The notes beneath the pieces are model-generated. The model was given only the letters and a program-made list of their open reading frames with translations. It did not search any database and had not been told where the DNA came from. Made by a program: the position numbers and the translations under genes. This document shows, in pieces, positions 29,175-40,905 of a stretch of DNA of 64,000 bases; the stretch's first letter is position 1, and each line of letters opens with the position of its first letter. The DNA is from Dehalococcoidia bacterium (GTDB lineage: Bacteria; Chloroflexota; Dehalococcoidia; DSTF01; RBG-16-68-14): contig JBBEBM010000053.1 of assembly GCA_040882355.1 (NCBI GenBank), positions 1-64,000 on the forward strand, read 5' to 3'.

Positions 29175-29879
29175 ATGTTTGATAGCTGGCAAGCGATTGT
29201 TGGGCTGGTGGCTGGCGTCCTCATCTTCTACGCCATCGTCCTCTGGCTGGGCATCGTCTATTGGACTTACCACGACATCAGCGATCGCACTCGCGACGGC
29301 GGCACCCGCTGGCTCGCGGTCCTGCTGGTGCTCATCTTCAGCCTGCCGGGCCTGTTCCTTTACCTGTTGCTTCGCCCCAACGACACGCTGAGCGAGGCCT
29401 ACGAGCGGCGGCTGGAGGCGGAGGCGCTCAAGCAAGAGCTGGCCGAGCAGCGACGCGCTTGCCCGACATGCCGACGCCCGGCGAAAGAGGAGTTCATCGT
29501 CTGCCCGTTCTGCCGGACGAAGCTGCTGGAACTCTGTGTAGCCTGTGGCCGAGGGCTGGAGTTGAACTGGGTTGCCTGCGCGTACTGCGGAGCCAACGGC
29601 CCCCAGTCTTCGGCGCCGCCCGTGATGGAACAAGCGCCGCCGCCGATGGACCGGCCGGCCCCAGCGCCGGCGCCGGTGCCGCCGCCGCTGCTCAGGGACG
29701 AGCCGCCGCCGATGCCCGTGCCTGACGCCCTGGCCGCGACACCGCCGCCGCCCGCGGAGGTCGCCGAGCGCCCCACGGCCCGCCCGGCGCCTCGACGGCC
29801 GCAGCGCCGCCCGGCTTCCAGCGCCTCGCGGCCGAACCCTTCGCCGTCGTCTTCGCCGCCCGGCACCCCGACGCAGTAA
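29175..29879 (+). CDS. membrane protein with double zinc ribbon and Pro-rich tail
   Basis: TM helices then CPTC/CPFC/CVAC/CAYC; GGGAGG SD. Confidence 0.85.
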   Translation: MFDSWQAIVGLVAGVLIFYAIVLWLGIVYWTYHDISDRTRDGGTRWLAVLLVLIFSLPGLFLYLLLRPNDTLSEAYERRLEAEALKQELAEQRRACPTCRRPAKEEFIVCPFCRTKLLELCVACGRGLELNWVACAYCGANGPQSSAPPVMEQAPPPMDRPAPAPAPVPPPLLRDEPPPMPVPDALAATPPPPAEVAERPTARPAPRRPQRRPASSASRPNPSPSSSPPGTPTQ

Positions 29880-29930
29880 CGCAACGGTCGCGCCACGCGG
29901 CGCGTTCGATCCGTCGTTTCGTCCTGCAGT

Positions 29931-30875
29931 CTAGTAGAGCAGCGCGAGGTCGGCGTGCTGCCGGAAGAGCTCGATCGCGCGTTCCAGCTTGCGCCGGCCG
30001 GAGAAGCGCGTCCTGTCGTAGAGCTCGTCCACCTGCTCGACAGTGCGCACCGTGCCTTCGGGCGCCAGCAGTACGGTGATTTCAAGCCCGCTGCCGCCGA
30101 CGCGATCGAAAAAGTAGGGGCTGGGCTGCTGGCCACCCGTCAAGATCAGGCAGTCCGGCTCGGTCGCGAGCGCGGCCAGGTGGAGGTCCATCTTGTCGAA
30201 GCGGTTCACCACCGCCTTGTGGCCGTGCTGCAGGAAGTAGGGCTGGCCCGGGTCGGAGGAGATGGGCCCGATCATCACGAACTCAACGGCCTCGTCTTCG
30301 GGCGCCTCGTCGAACAGACGCGAGGCGCGCAGCGCCTCGGCCAGCTCGCGGATGGTCGGCCCGGCGAGCAGGCGGTCCTCCGGCACGACAGCCAGGCACA
30401 TGAGGTTGCGTTCCGCCAGCGCGTCGCGCACCTTCGTCAGGGCGCGCTCCTTCTGGCGCGTGACGATCACACCGAGCAGCGCATCGCCGAGCGCGCCAGC
30501 CGCGGAAGTGAGGTCGCTCAGCCGCAAGGCGTCCGCCTGAGCGCTGACCAGCACGACCTTCGCCGAGAGCGCGCTCGCGAGGTCCTTCGCATCGCCGGCC
30601 GGCGCTTCGATCAGGCAGACGGCGCCCGAGGTGTCGGCTTCACGGGCCTGCACCTGCGCGTCCTGAGCGCTGACGGCGCTCGCGGGCGCCGTACAGCCCG
30701 GCACCGACGCGAGCGCGCGCGCGTCGTCCTGCGCGGTTGCGGCGTCCTCGTCCTGGGAGCGCACGCGGAGCAGGCGGACGGCCTTGCCCTGCTCGGCGAG
30801 CAGCGCGCCGAGCGCCGCCGTCGCCGCCGTGCGGCCTTCGCCGGGCTGGAGCGAAGCGATCAGGATCGTGGTCAT
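29931..30875 (-). CDS. BioD-like/DRTGG domain protein (phosphotransacetylase N-terminal-like)
   Basis: degenerate P-loop PGEGRT, VPEDRLLAGPT, CLILTGG. Confidence 0.75.
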   Translation of the reverse strand: MTTILIASLQPGEGRTAATAALGALLAEQGKAVRLLRVRSQDEDAATAQDDARALASVPGCTAPASAVSAQDAQVQAREADTSGAVCLIEAPAGDAKDLASALSAKVVLVSAQADALRLSDLTSAAGALGDALLGVIVTRQKERALTKVRDALAERNLMCLAVVPEDRLLAGPTIRELAEALRASRLFDEAPEDEAVEFVMIGPISSDPGQPYFLQHGHKAVVNRFDKMDLHLAALATEPDCLILTGGQQPSPYFFDRVGGSGLEITVLLAPEGTVRTVEQVDELYDRTRFSGRRKLERAIELFRQHADLALLY

Positions 30876-30990
30876 CGGCGGTAGTATAACGTCCACCGTT
30901 ACCCTGGGCACGTCCGGCGCCCGGCCGTGCGCCCCCACCGCGTGTCCCCTCGGAGGAACGCCCCGGCAGGTTCCGAGGCGCCCCTCACAC

Positions 30991-31042
30991 TCCCTCACCC
31001 CGGCCTACCGGCCACCCCTCTCCCGCCCAGGCGGGAGAGGGG
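30991..31042 (+). repeat. CCCTCACCCC..CCCTCTCCC..GGGAGAGGG miniature repeat
   Basis: near copy in reverse orientation at 23916-23960. Confidence 0.7.
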
Positions 31043-31058
31043 CTAAGGGGGTTGGTCG

Positions 31059-32903
31059 TTATTCTACCGTCACGGTCTTCGCCAGGTTGCGTGGCTGGTC
31101 CACGTCGCAGCCGCGCCAGACGGCGATGTGGTAGGCGAGCAATTGCAGCGGCAGCACCGTCAGCGCAGGCAGCAGCAGACGCGATGTCTCCGGCACCTCG
31201 ATCACCTCGTCAGCCTTCGACGCCAGCTCGTCATCGCCCTCGTTGATCAGCGCGATGACGATGCCGTCGCGGGCGCGCACCTGCTCGATGTTCGAGAGCA
31301 TCTTCTCGCGCAGGCCGTCGCGCACGGCGATCGCAAGCGTCGGCATGGACTCGTCGATGAGCGCGATCGGGCCGTGCTTCATCTCGCCCGCCGGGTAGCC
31401 CTCGGCGTGGATGTAGCTGACCTCTTTCAGCTTGAGGGCGCCCTCCATGGCGACGGGGTACTGGAGGCCGCGGCCGAGGAAAAGGAAGTGGTGATAGCGA
31501 TGGAATCGATGCGCGAGCTGCTCGATCTGGCCGGCGCGCTCGAGGACGCGGCCCATCTGCTCCGGCAGGTGCGCGAGCGGCGCGACCAGCTCCGCCAGCC
31601 GCGCCTCGTCTAACCGGCCGCGCAGCCGCCCGATGTGGCACGCGAGCAGGTAGAGGCCGACCATCGACGCCGTCAGCGTCTTCGTGCTCGCGACACCGAT
31701 CTCGGGGCCGCAGCGCGTGTAGAACGTCCCGCCGGCGACGCGCGTCGACTGCGCACCGGGGGTGTTGCAGACGGTGATCTGGAGGGCGCCACGCTCGCGA
31801 GCTTCGTGCATCGCCTCCAGCGTATCGACGGTCTCACCGGACTGCGCGACGGAGATGACGAGCGTCTCCGGCCCGATCAGCGCGTCCCGGTAGCGGAACT
31901 CCGACGCGTTATCGACCTCCGCCGGCAGGCCGGCGAGCGCCTCGAAGTAGTGGCGGCCGACCATCGCGGCGTGCAGGCTCGTGCCCATCGCGATGAGCAC
32001 GACGCGCTGCACCGAACGCAGCGTCTCGTCCGCGATCTCGAGCTCGCCCAGGTCGACGCGGGGCGGGTCGAAGAGCACCCTGCCGCGGAAGGTGTCGAGC
32101 ACGCACTCGGGCTGCTCCATGATCTCCTTGAGCATGAAGTGCTTGTAGACGCCCTTCGCCGCCGCCACAGGGTCCTGCGGCACCGTCTGCGGCGCCTTCT
32201 CGATCGCCTCGCCGCCCGCGTTCCAGTAGCGCACTTCCTCGCGCGAAAGCTCTACCAGCTCACCGTGGCCGAGGAAGGCGACGCGACGCGTCAGCGGCAG
32301 CAGCGCGGGCAGGTCGCTCGCGACGAAGCGCTCGTGCTCGCCGTAGCCGACGACGACGCCGCCGGCGTTGCCGACACGGGCCGCGACCAGCCGGCCGGGG
32401 TGCCGGCGGCTGAGCGCGACGATCGCGTGGGCGCCGTGAACGCGTCCTATCGTCCGGCGCAGCGCCGACGGCAGGTCGTCGGCCTGCGCCAGGTACGTCT
32501 CGAGCAGGTGAGCGAGCACCTCGGTGTCCGTCTCGGAGTGGAAGCGGTGCCCGGCCGCGCGCAGCTCGTCGCGCAGCGCCAGGTAGTTCTCGACGATGCC
32601 GTTGTGCACGACCGCGACATCACCCGTGCAGTCGAGATGCGGGTGGGCGTTCTCGTCCGATGGCTTGCCGTGCGTCGCCCAGCGCGTGTGCGCCAGGCCG
32701 AGCGTCCCCGGAGGGTAGACGCCCTCCAGCGTCGCGTTCAGGTTGCCGATCTTGCCCGCCAGCTTCCTCAGGTGCAGACGGCCGTCGCCGTCCAGGACGG
32801 CGAAGCCGGCGCTATCGTAGCCGCGGTACTCGAGCCGCTGAAGGCCCTCCAGCAGCAGTGGGGCCGCTTCCCGCAGGCCTGCGTAGCCGATGATGCCGCA
32901 CAT
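31059..32903 (-). CDS. glmS: glutamine--fructose-6-phosphate transaminase
   Basis: MCGII, HTRWATHG, EGALKLKE, PRNLAKTVTVE. Confidence 0.98.
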   Translation of the reverse strand: MCGIIGYAGLREAAPLLLEGLQRLEYRGYDSAGFAVLDGDGRLHLRKLAGKIGNLNATLEGVYPPGTLGLAHTRWATHGKPSDENAHPHLDCTGDVAVVHNGIVENYLALRDELRAAGHRFHSETDTEVLAHLLETYLAQADDLPSALRRTIGRVHGAHAIVALSRRHPGRLVAARVGNAGGVVVGYGEHERFVASDLPALLPLTRRVAFLGHGELVELSREEVRYWNAGGEAIEKAPQTVPQDPVAAAKGVYKHFMLKEIMEQPECVLDTFRGRVLFDPPRVDLGELEIADETLRSVQRVVLIAMGTSLHAAMVGRHYFEALAGLPAEVDNASEFRYRDALIGPETLVISVAQSGETVDTLEAMHEARERGALQITVCNTPGAQSTRVAGGTFYTRCGPEIGVASTKTLTASMVGLYLLACHIGRLRGRLDEARLAELVAPLAHLPEQMGRVLERAGQIEQLAHRFHRYHHFLFLGRGLQYPVAMEGALKLKEVSYIHAEGYPAGEMKHGPIALIDESMPTLAIAVRDGLREKMLSNIEQVRARDGIVIALINEGDDELASKADEVIEVPETSRLLLPALTVLPLQLLAYHIAVWRGCDVDQPRNLAKTVTVE

Positions 32904-33120
32904 CGTAAGGTCCTTTCACTCTACATTGGCTCGTCGTCGGTCCGTCCAGTGAATATGGGCAGGGTCAGGCTCCTTCGGCTGTAAGATGCTTCGCTTCGCT
33001 CAGCATGACAAAGGGAGCGGCCCTCTCGACCGACTCGAGACGTTCTTGTGAATTGGTTGGAAACTTGCTGTGTACGTTGCCGCGGAGTGGGGCGGGGGCT
33101 GCAGTCTCCCCCGGCACGTT

Positions 33121-33252
33121 GGAGGGCCTTTGTCAGGGACTCCCATCCCTGGTTTGTGCCGTCCATGACGACCGTGCAGCCGAGAGGCCATCCGCCGAGT
33201 TGTTCGATGAGCCTCTTCCTCGTCATCCGCCGCCAGCGGATCAGGCGCTTAT
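33121..33252 (-). ncRNA. glmS ribozyme (GlcN6P-activated)
   Basis: minus strand AGCGCC..GACGAGG..ATCGA..TCGGCGGAT..ACAAA..GACAAA, in order, upstream of glmS. Confidence 0.9.
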
Positions 33253-33324
33253 CATGCCACCGACCTCAGTCGATGGGGTGTCCCGTTGTCGCGGCGTCCT
33301 GCCGTATCACCTCCCTTTTCTGGC

Positions 33325-34182
33325 TCAGGCCGGCGCCAGCTCGCGCAGGCGCGCTACCACCGCATCGATGGCGTCGTCGGGCGTCGAGGCGCCTGCGGTG
33401 ACGCCGACGCGCTCGTGGCCCGAGAGCCAGCCAGCGTCGATATCGTCCGCGGACTCGACGTGATACGTCTCGACGCCTTCGTCGCGGGCGACCTCGGCCA
33501 GGTGGCGCGTGTTCGCGCTCTCGCGTCCACCGACGACGACCATCAGATCGACGTCGTGGGCGAGCTCGCGCGCCGCCGCCTGCTGGCTTGTCGTCGCGTT
33601 GCAGAGCGTGTTGATTACGCGCAGCTCGCTGATGTGGTCCATGCGCCGCTCGAGCAGCGCCCGCACGAACTCAGCGAAGTGCGCCTCAGTCTCGGTCGTC
33701 TGCGAGAGGACGCCGACCTTGCTCGGCAGGTCATCGGGCAGCGAATCGATCTCACCGACGCTGGTCACGGCGAAGACCTTGCCCGGCGCCCAGCCGAGGA
33801 CGCCGCGCACTTCCTTGTGGTTCGGGTCGCCGAAGACGATGACGGCGAATCCGTCTTCCGCCAGCCGCTTCGCCCACTGCTGCGAGCGCGTCACGATGGG
33901 GCAGGTGGTATCGACGACAGGCACGCCGCGCTGCTCCAGCTCGCGTACGACCGACTCGCTGACGCCGTGAGCGGTGATCGCGACCGGGCGCGCGTCGACC
34001 TGGTCGACGGCGGTGATCACGTCGATGCCCTGCTCCTTGAGCCGGTCGACCACCTGAGGGTTGTGGACGATGGAGCCCAGACTGACCATCTCGCCGACGG
34101 TCCCGGTCGCCTCCTCCATCATCTCGACGGCGCGGCGCACTCCGAAGCAGAACCCCATATCGCGGGCGAGCACGATCTCCAT
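33325..34182 (-). CDS. ispH: 4-hydroxy-3-methylbut-2-enyl diphosphate reductase
   Basis: GFCFGV, DTTCP, TLCNAT, TAGASTP. Confidence 0.97.
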   Translation of the reverse strand: MEIVLARDMGFCFGVRRAVEMMEEATGTVGEMVSLGSIVHNPQVVDRLKEQGIDVITAVDQVDARPVAITAHGVSESVVRELEQRGVPVVDTTCPIVTRSQQWAKRLAEDGFAVIVFGDPNHKEVRGVLGWAPGKVFAVTSVGEIDSLPDDLPSKVGVLSQTTETEAHFAEFVRALLERRMDHISELRVINTLCNATTSQQAAARELAHDVDLMVVVGGRESANTRHLAEVARDEGVETYHVESADDIDAGWLSGHERVGVTAGASTPDDAIDAVVARLRELAPA

Positions 34183-34209
34183 GTCGCCTCCAGTATACCC
34201 TCTCGACGG

Positions 34210-34893
34210 CTACGCGGGCGTCTCCAGCTTCGTTTCGAGGTCGACGTTGGCGTAGACGCCGCGATACTCGGGCGGCAGCAGCGCGGCGATGCGGCGCATG
34301 ATCAGGTCCGTCGCCTCGGCGGCCGATTCGTTGTTGATGCGTTCGACCGGGGGCACGCGAAACGGCTCGCCGATGGTCACGGTGACGCGCTTCATCGAGT
34401 AAGGCTTGAGGAAGATCCAGGGCCAGCGGACACCCTCCGTGCCCGTCACCGCGACAGGCAGGATCGGCGCGCCGGTGCGCAGTGCGATCAGACCTGTGCC
34501 CGGGTGGCCCTTGCCGAGGCCGCCCGTGCGACTCCGCGTGCCCTCCGGAAACATCACGAGCATCTCGCCGCCCCGCACGGCCTCGCTCGCGGCGCGCAGG
34601 GCGCCGAGATCGGCCTGGGTGCGGCGCACCGGGAATGCGCCGAAGGCACGGAAGGCGAGGCCGAGGACCGGCCAGCCGAACATCTCCTTCTTGGCCATGA
34701 ATGTCGGGTGGCGAGGGATCGCCAGGCAGATGGCAGGCGGGTCGGCGTTGTTCATGTGGTTGCTCGCCAGGATCAAGCCGCCCTCGAGCGGCACGCGCTC
34801 CTTGCCAACGACCTCGAACTTCCGGCAGTAGACCGTGAAGCAGAGCCTGTCGATCTGGATGACCCCACGACGGAGCGCGTCTAGGAGTGACAT
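34210..34893 (-). CDS. plsC: 1-acyl-sn-glycerol-3-phosphate acyltransferase family
   Basis: NHMNNAD and FPEGTRS motifs. Confidence 0.85.
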   Translation of the reverse strand: MSLLDALRRGVIQIDRLCFTVYCRKFEVVGKERVPLEGGLILASNHMNNADPPAICLAIPRHPTFMAKKEMFGWPVLGLAFRAFGAFPVRRTQADLGALRAASEAVRGGEMLVMFPEGTRSRTGGLGKGHPGTGLIALRTGAPILPVAVTGTEGVRWPWIFLKPYSMKRVTVTIGEPFRVPPVERINNESAAEATDLIMRRIAALLPPEYRGVYANVDLETKLETPA

Positions 34894-35606
34894 GGCACCA
34901 AGGACAGGATACGCTCAACGACCTCGTCGAGCGAGAGGTGGTCGGTGTTGATGACGACCGCGTCGGCGGCAGGCCGGAGCGGCGAGACGCTGCGGGCGCT
35001 GTCGATGGCGTCGCGCCGGGCGAGCTCGTCGCGCACCTGCTCCTCCGTGGTCTCGCGGCCCGCAGCGACGAGTTCGTCGTACCGACGACGCAGCCGTTCT
35101 TCAGGCGAGGCGTCCAGATAGACCTTAACCGGCGCATCCGGCAATACGACCGTGCCGATGTCGCGGCCCGCCATCACGAGGCCGCCCTCGCGCGCCAGCC
35201 GGCGTTGTTGTTCGACCATCGCTTCGCGCACGGCGCGCACTCTCGAGACGAGCGACACCGCGGCCCCAACTTCGGTCGAGCGGAGCCGGTCGGTGACGTC
35301 GACTCCGTCGACGAGCACGCGCGACGCCTCCGGCGCTTCGCGCGGGCCGGGTTCGAGGGCGATCGAGACGCTGCGGGCGAGTTCGCCTAGGGCCGCCTCG
35401 TCTTCCAGGTCGAGCTTTCGTTCCAGCGCCGCCAGCGTAATCGCGCGGTACATCACGCCCGTATCGACGAAGCCATAGGCCAGCCGTCGAGCGACGCGCG
35501 CACCCACGGCGCTCTTGCCCGCCGCGACCGGCCCGTCGATGGCGACGCAAGGCCGCTCACCTTCGGTCGACCCGCTTCGCTTTCCACGTCCTTCGCTGGC
35601 CTTCGT
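34881..35606 (-). CDS. cmk: cytidylate kinase, start uncertain (ACG at 35606 or frameshift)
   Basis: VAIDGPVAAGKS P-loop upstream of the called GTG; DTGVMYRA, GRDIGTVV. Confidence 0.9.
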   Translation of the reverse strand, partial: TKASEGRGKRSGSTEGERPCVAIDGPVAAGKSAVGARVARRLAYGFVDTGVMYRAITLAALERKLDLEDEAALGELARSVSIALEPGPREAPEASRVLVDGVDVTDRLRSTEVGAAVSLVSRVRAVREAMVEQQRRLAREGGLVMAGRDIGTVVLPDAPVKVYLDASPEERLRRRYDELVAAGRETTEEQVRDELARRDAIDSARSVSPLRPAADAVVINTDHLSLDEVVERILSLVPCHS

Positions 35607-35673
35607 GCGTGCTCCTTTACGAACGAGCGTTCACGGAGAGTATAGGTGGCGGCCGGAGAAGGGGACAAGCGTG

Positions 35674-36420
35674 CTAGTTGGGCCCGGCCGTCGCCTGTGA
35701 CGTCGCGGCGACGTGACGAGTAGAGTCGAATGGCTCGAAGAAGGCGCCGCCGATGGCGAACAGGCCTCGCTGCGGGATCCAGAAGTCGCCCAGTCGCGCC
35801 TGTTCGGGCACGGCGCCGGGCGGGCCAAAGTCCTGGCCGCCGAAGACGGCGCGAGTCTGTGAGATCGTCCAGATGAGCTTCGGGTTGGCGGCGAAGCGCT
35901 GGCCGTTGGGGGCGCGCCCGCTCAGGCCCAGCTTGCCGGCCTGGAGCGCGACGGTGGCGACGCCCGACATCAACCGCAGCACGGTCTCGTTGCGCCACAG
36001 CGGCTCGGGCATGAGGCCGCCGATCACGTTCATGGCCCTTGTCGCGACGGTCGGCGAGAGAGAGACTTGCCAGTCAAGCGACGGCTCGCCGGGCATCTCG
36101 ATCGAGAAGGCGCGGGGCCCGGTCCAGCGCAGGTCGATCTCCCGCACCGGCGCGTCGTGCAACGCGCTGCCGAAGTAGCGAGGGCACGCGCGATCGGGCG
36201 AGACATCCGAGTAGATCGTCCAGCTCCCTCCGCGATCGCGGTGCCAGACCGCGGTGTAAGGCGAGCCCAGCGACGTGGCGGGGAAGCGCCTCATGCAGAG
36301 GATGTGCCCCGCGGCGAACGGGGCCGCCATCACGCCATAGCCTGCAAAGCGCTCTTCCGCGCCCTCCGGCAGCGTTGCGGTGCGCTCCAGCCCTTCGACG
36401 AGGTCGCGTGGCTCAGGCAT
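35674..36420 (-). CDS. hypothetical protein
   Basis: native codon bias from ATG 36420; CPRYFG, LGDFWIPQRG. Confidence 0.7.
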   Translation of the reverse strand: MPEPRDLVEGLERTATLPEGAEERFAGYGVMAAPFAAGHILCMRRFPATSLGSPYTAVWHRDRGGSWTIYSDVSPDRACPRYFGSALHDAPVREIDLRWTGPRAFSIEMPGEPSLDWQVSLSPTVATRAMNVIGGLMPEPLWRNETVLRLMSGVATVALQAGKLGLSGRAPNGQRFAANPKLIWTISQTRAVFGGQDFGPPGAVPEQARLGDFWIPQRGLFAIGGAFFEPFDSTRHVAATSQATAGPN

Positions 36421-36439
36421 GGCCGATGGGCTTCCCGCG

Positions 36440-36892
36440 CTATCGTGCGCTGACGCGCGCAGGGCCTCGGAAGCGCCGCGACTCCAAGGCATCAAGCCTG
36501 TCGTCGAGCTTCGCAGCCACCGCCGTGGCAATGTCCGCAGCGCCTACCTGCGCGGCGACGGCTGCCACCAGGAACTGGTTCAGGCTCACGCCATCTCGAT
36601 GCGCGTGCTCGGCAGCCCGACGATGCAGGCTCTTGGGCAGTCGCAGCGAGACGGTGCCACTGTATCCCTGGCTCGCGAACGGCGGCGGGACCTGCATGCC
36701 TTGAGCGAGGGCGCTCTCAATCCAACTCTCCGCTGCTGTCTCCAAGTTGGCGTACGCCTCCTCAGGTGTGTCGCCTTCGGCGAAGCAGCCGGGGAACTCC
36801 AGCACCTGGGCCGCACACCTGCCCTGGTCGTCCGGGATGATGACACGCGCATACGCCTCACGCAGAATGCGAGCAACTCGTGGTCTAGTCAC
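36440..36892 (-). CDS. hicB: HicB family antitoxin
   Basis: EFPGCFAEGDTPEEA; YSGTVSLRLPKSLH..GVSLNQ RHH domain. Confidence 0.9.
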   Translation of the reverse strand: MTRPRVARILREAYARVIIPDDQGRCAAQVLEFPGCFAEGDTPEEAYANLETAAESWIESALAQGMQVPPPFASQGYSGTVSLRLPKSLHRRAAEHAHRDGVSLNQFLVAAVAAQVGAADIATAVAAKLDDRLDALESRRFRGPARVSAR

Positions 36893-37150
36893 CTGCTATC
36901 CCCTCCTCATAGTCCAGATCTTCTTCGAGCATGTCCAGAATGCTCTCGACCGTAATCGGGCTCATCGAGCCCGGTGATTTGGGATGGTGAGCGGCGGGCG
37001 CCCCTCCTTCTCGAACGTCGGATGCTTCCCTCTCTGCACAGACACTCGTCCGACCGATCGCGCCAGGCTTACAAGCTGTCGGCTGCGAACGTTCGCCTTG
37101 GCCGACCTGAGCTGCTGGATCCGGCGGCGAAGGGCCCGAATCCGAGTCAT
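36885..37150 (-). pseudogene. hicA: HicA-like toxin, frameshifted
   Basis: GKH..TIPNH; one added base near 36972 restores HPGSMSPITVESILDMLEED ending over the hicB start. Confidence 0.75.
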
Positions 37151-37169
37151 GGTATTATATGTAATACCA
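37150..37169. promoter_or_regulatory. palindromic operator, probable HicB site
   Basis: TGGTATTA-tatg-TAATACCA overlapping the TATAAT of hicA. Confidence 0.75.
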
Positions 37170-37284
37170 ATGGAGCTGCTTGTCAAGGCCGGCCACGACA
37201 CGCAGGCTGCACGCGCTTCCCATTGACCTCCCTCCCGACCCTCCGCTACGCTCCCATACGCCAACAAGGACGAAGGAGCGCACG

Positions 37285-39027
<1,743 letters not shown>

Positions 39028-39054
39028 AGCAGCAGGGCCCGACTACACGTTAGA

Positions 39055-39318
39055 ATGGAAACCTTGAGAGTCTCAATAGCCCGCTTGCTGAACAGAGACG
39101 TCCCCGTGGCGGAGATCTGGTGTGGGGAGGTATCGACTGCCGAAGGGTACATGGGCGAGGTGTTCGAGGAAGACGGCGCGCTGGTGGTCGAATTCTATCC
39201 GCAGGCTACAGGCCACCCATGGAGAGTCGACCTCGAAGACTTGCTAGCAGCGCTTGGAAGCGCCAGAGCAGGCCTTCAGAGCAAAGCAGGAGATGCTCAC
39301 GAGCCGAAGGATCTGTAG
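39055..39318 (+). CDS. small hypothetical protein
   Basis: 87-aa ORF, atypical composition. Confidence 0.55.
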   Translation: METLRVSIARLLNRDVPVAEIWCGEVSTAEGYMGEVFEEDGALVVEFYPQATGHPWRVDLEDLLAALGSARAGLQSKAGDAHEPKDL

Positions 39319-39390
39319 TGCTTAGATGAGGGTCCATCTTTGTCATTGGATCTCCACACCAGCGCCTGCTGCCCGCACGATCCGCGCGGT

Positions 39391-39480
39391 GGAAAGTGGC
39401 GAAGCAACGACCGATTCCTAATCACGGCCTATTTCACCGACAGGCCGAAGCGAGGAGCCGTCCTGTGGACGAGGGCATAA
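39391..39480 (+). pseudogene. 3' remnant of a toxin-like gene upstream of DUF2283
   Basis: KWRSNDRFLITAYFTDRPKRGAVLW, stop overlapping the next gene. Confidence 0.55.
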
Positions 39481-39677
39481 AGGTCTGGTTCGACCCCGAG
39501 GCTGACTACCTGGAAGTCACCTTCCGCGATCTGGCCGGCACCTTCCGTGAGACGGCTGCCGATCAGGTGATGGCCAAGGTAGACGCGCTGGGACACGTGA
39601 TCGGCTTCTCGATTCTCAAGGTGAGCGCCCTCAAGGCCGAGCCTCTCGAACTCTCGCTGGCCGACGTTCCAGCGTAA
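39465..39677 (+). CDS. DUF2283 domain protein, putative antitoxin
   Basis: VWFDPEADYLEVTF..VIGFSIL; GAGGAG SD before GTG. Confidence 0.8.
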   Translation: MDEGIKVWFDPEADYLEVTFRDLAGTFRETAADQVMAKVDALGHVIGFSILKVSALKAEPLELSLADVPA

Positions 39678-39705
39678 GGCGCCGACCCGAGAGCGCCCGG
39701 ACGCC

Positions 39706-40261
39706 ATGCCCCTCTACCACTTCAGCGAAGAGCCGGACATCGAGCTGTTCCGGCCGCACCGGGCGGCGACGAGCCAGCTCGATGACGAGCTGGTCTGGGC
39801 GATCGACGACTGGCACGCGCCGATGTACTACCTGCCGCGCGACTGCCCTCGCGCCTGCTTCTGGCCAGGCGCGCAGACCAGCGCCGAGGACCGCGAGCGC
39901 TTCTTCGGCGGCATTGAGGCGCGCATGGTGATCGCGGTGGAGGCGCGGTGGCTGGAGCGCATCCGCTCGACGTGCCTCTATCGATACGCGATGCCCGAGG
40001 TGTCGTTTACACTGAACGACGCGACGGCGGGCCACTGGGTGAGCCGCGAGGCGGTCGAGCCGGTGTCCGTCGAGCCGATCGGCGACCTGCTCGGCGAGAT
40101 CGTCCGCCGCCGGTGTCGAGCTGCGCGTGACGCCGACGCTGATCGACCTCTGGCGGCGTGTGATCGCATCGACGCTTGAGTTCTCGGGCACGCGCCTTCG
40201 CAACGCCGATGGCTTCGCGACGCTCGAGCGCGAGCTTGGCCTGACGGAGCGGGCCCGATGA
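39706..40261 (+). pseudogene. conserved hypothetical protein (DUF6886-like), one-base frameshift near 40104
   Basis: LYHFSEEPDI..PRDCPR; removing one C restores AAGVELRVTP..LEFSGTRLRNA. Confidence 0.7.
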
Positions 40262-40277
40262 CGCAGGACGCGTGACG

Positions 40278-40901
40278 ATGGCCTCGCAGCACGACGACCC
40301 GCTCGCCCACCACAGCGATACGCAGCGACTCGAGGCGTTCAGCGACGGCGTCTTCGCCATCGCGATCACGCTGCTCATCATCGAGATCGGCGTGCCCCAC
40401 GTCGAGGCCAACGAGAGCCTGACGCGCGCGCTCCTCGACCTATGGCCGTCGTACGTCGGCTACGCCGTCAGCTTCCTGAGCATCGGGGTGATGTGGATCA
40501 ACCATCACCACATGTTCAAAGACATCGTCCGAGTCGACCACACGCTGCTCGTGCTCAACCTGCTGCTGCTCATGGGGATTGCCTTCGTGCCTTTCCCCAC
40601 CGCCGTCGTCGCGGAGTACGTGCGCGAGGGCGACCACCAGACCGAGGCGGCGCTGATGTACGGCTGCACGTTCGTCGTGATCGCGATCTTCTTCGATGCG
40701 TTCTGGCTGTACGCCTCGCGCGGCCCGAGCTTGATCGACGAGCACGTGAGCGAGGCGCGCATCAGGAGTCGCACCGTACGCTATCTGCCCGGACCATTGC
40801 TTTACGCCGCCGGGCTGCCCCTCGCCTTCATCAGCCCCTGGATCACCCTGAGCATCTACGCGGGCCTCGCCGTCTTCTGGCTGCTGCCCCTCAACGAATG
40901 A
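40278..40901 (+). CDS. TMEM175 family (DUF1211) K+ channel-like protein
   Basis: RLEAFSDGVFAIAITLL and WINHH. Confidence 0.9.
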   Translation: MASQHDDPLAHHSDTQRLEAFSDGVFAIAITLLIIEIGVPHVEANESLTRALLDLWPSYVGYAVSFLSIGVMWINHHHMFKDIVRVDHTLLVLNLLLLMGIAFVPFPTAVVAEYVREGDHQTEAALMYGCTFVVIAIFFDAFWLYASRGPSLIDEHVSEARIRSRTVRYLPGPLLYAAGLPLAFISPWITLSIYAGLAVFWLLPLNE

Positions 40902-40905
40902 AGCA

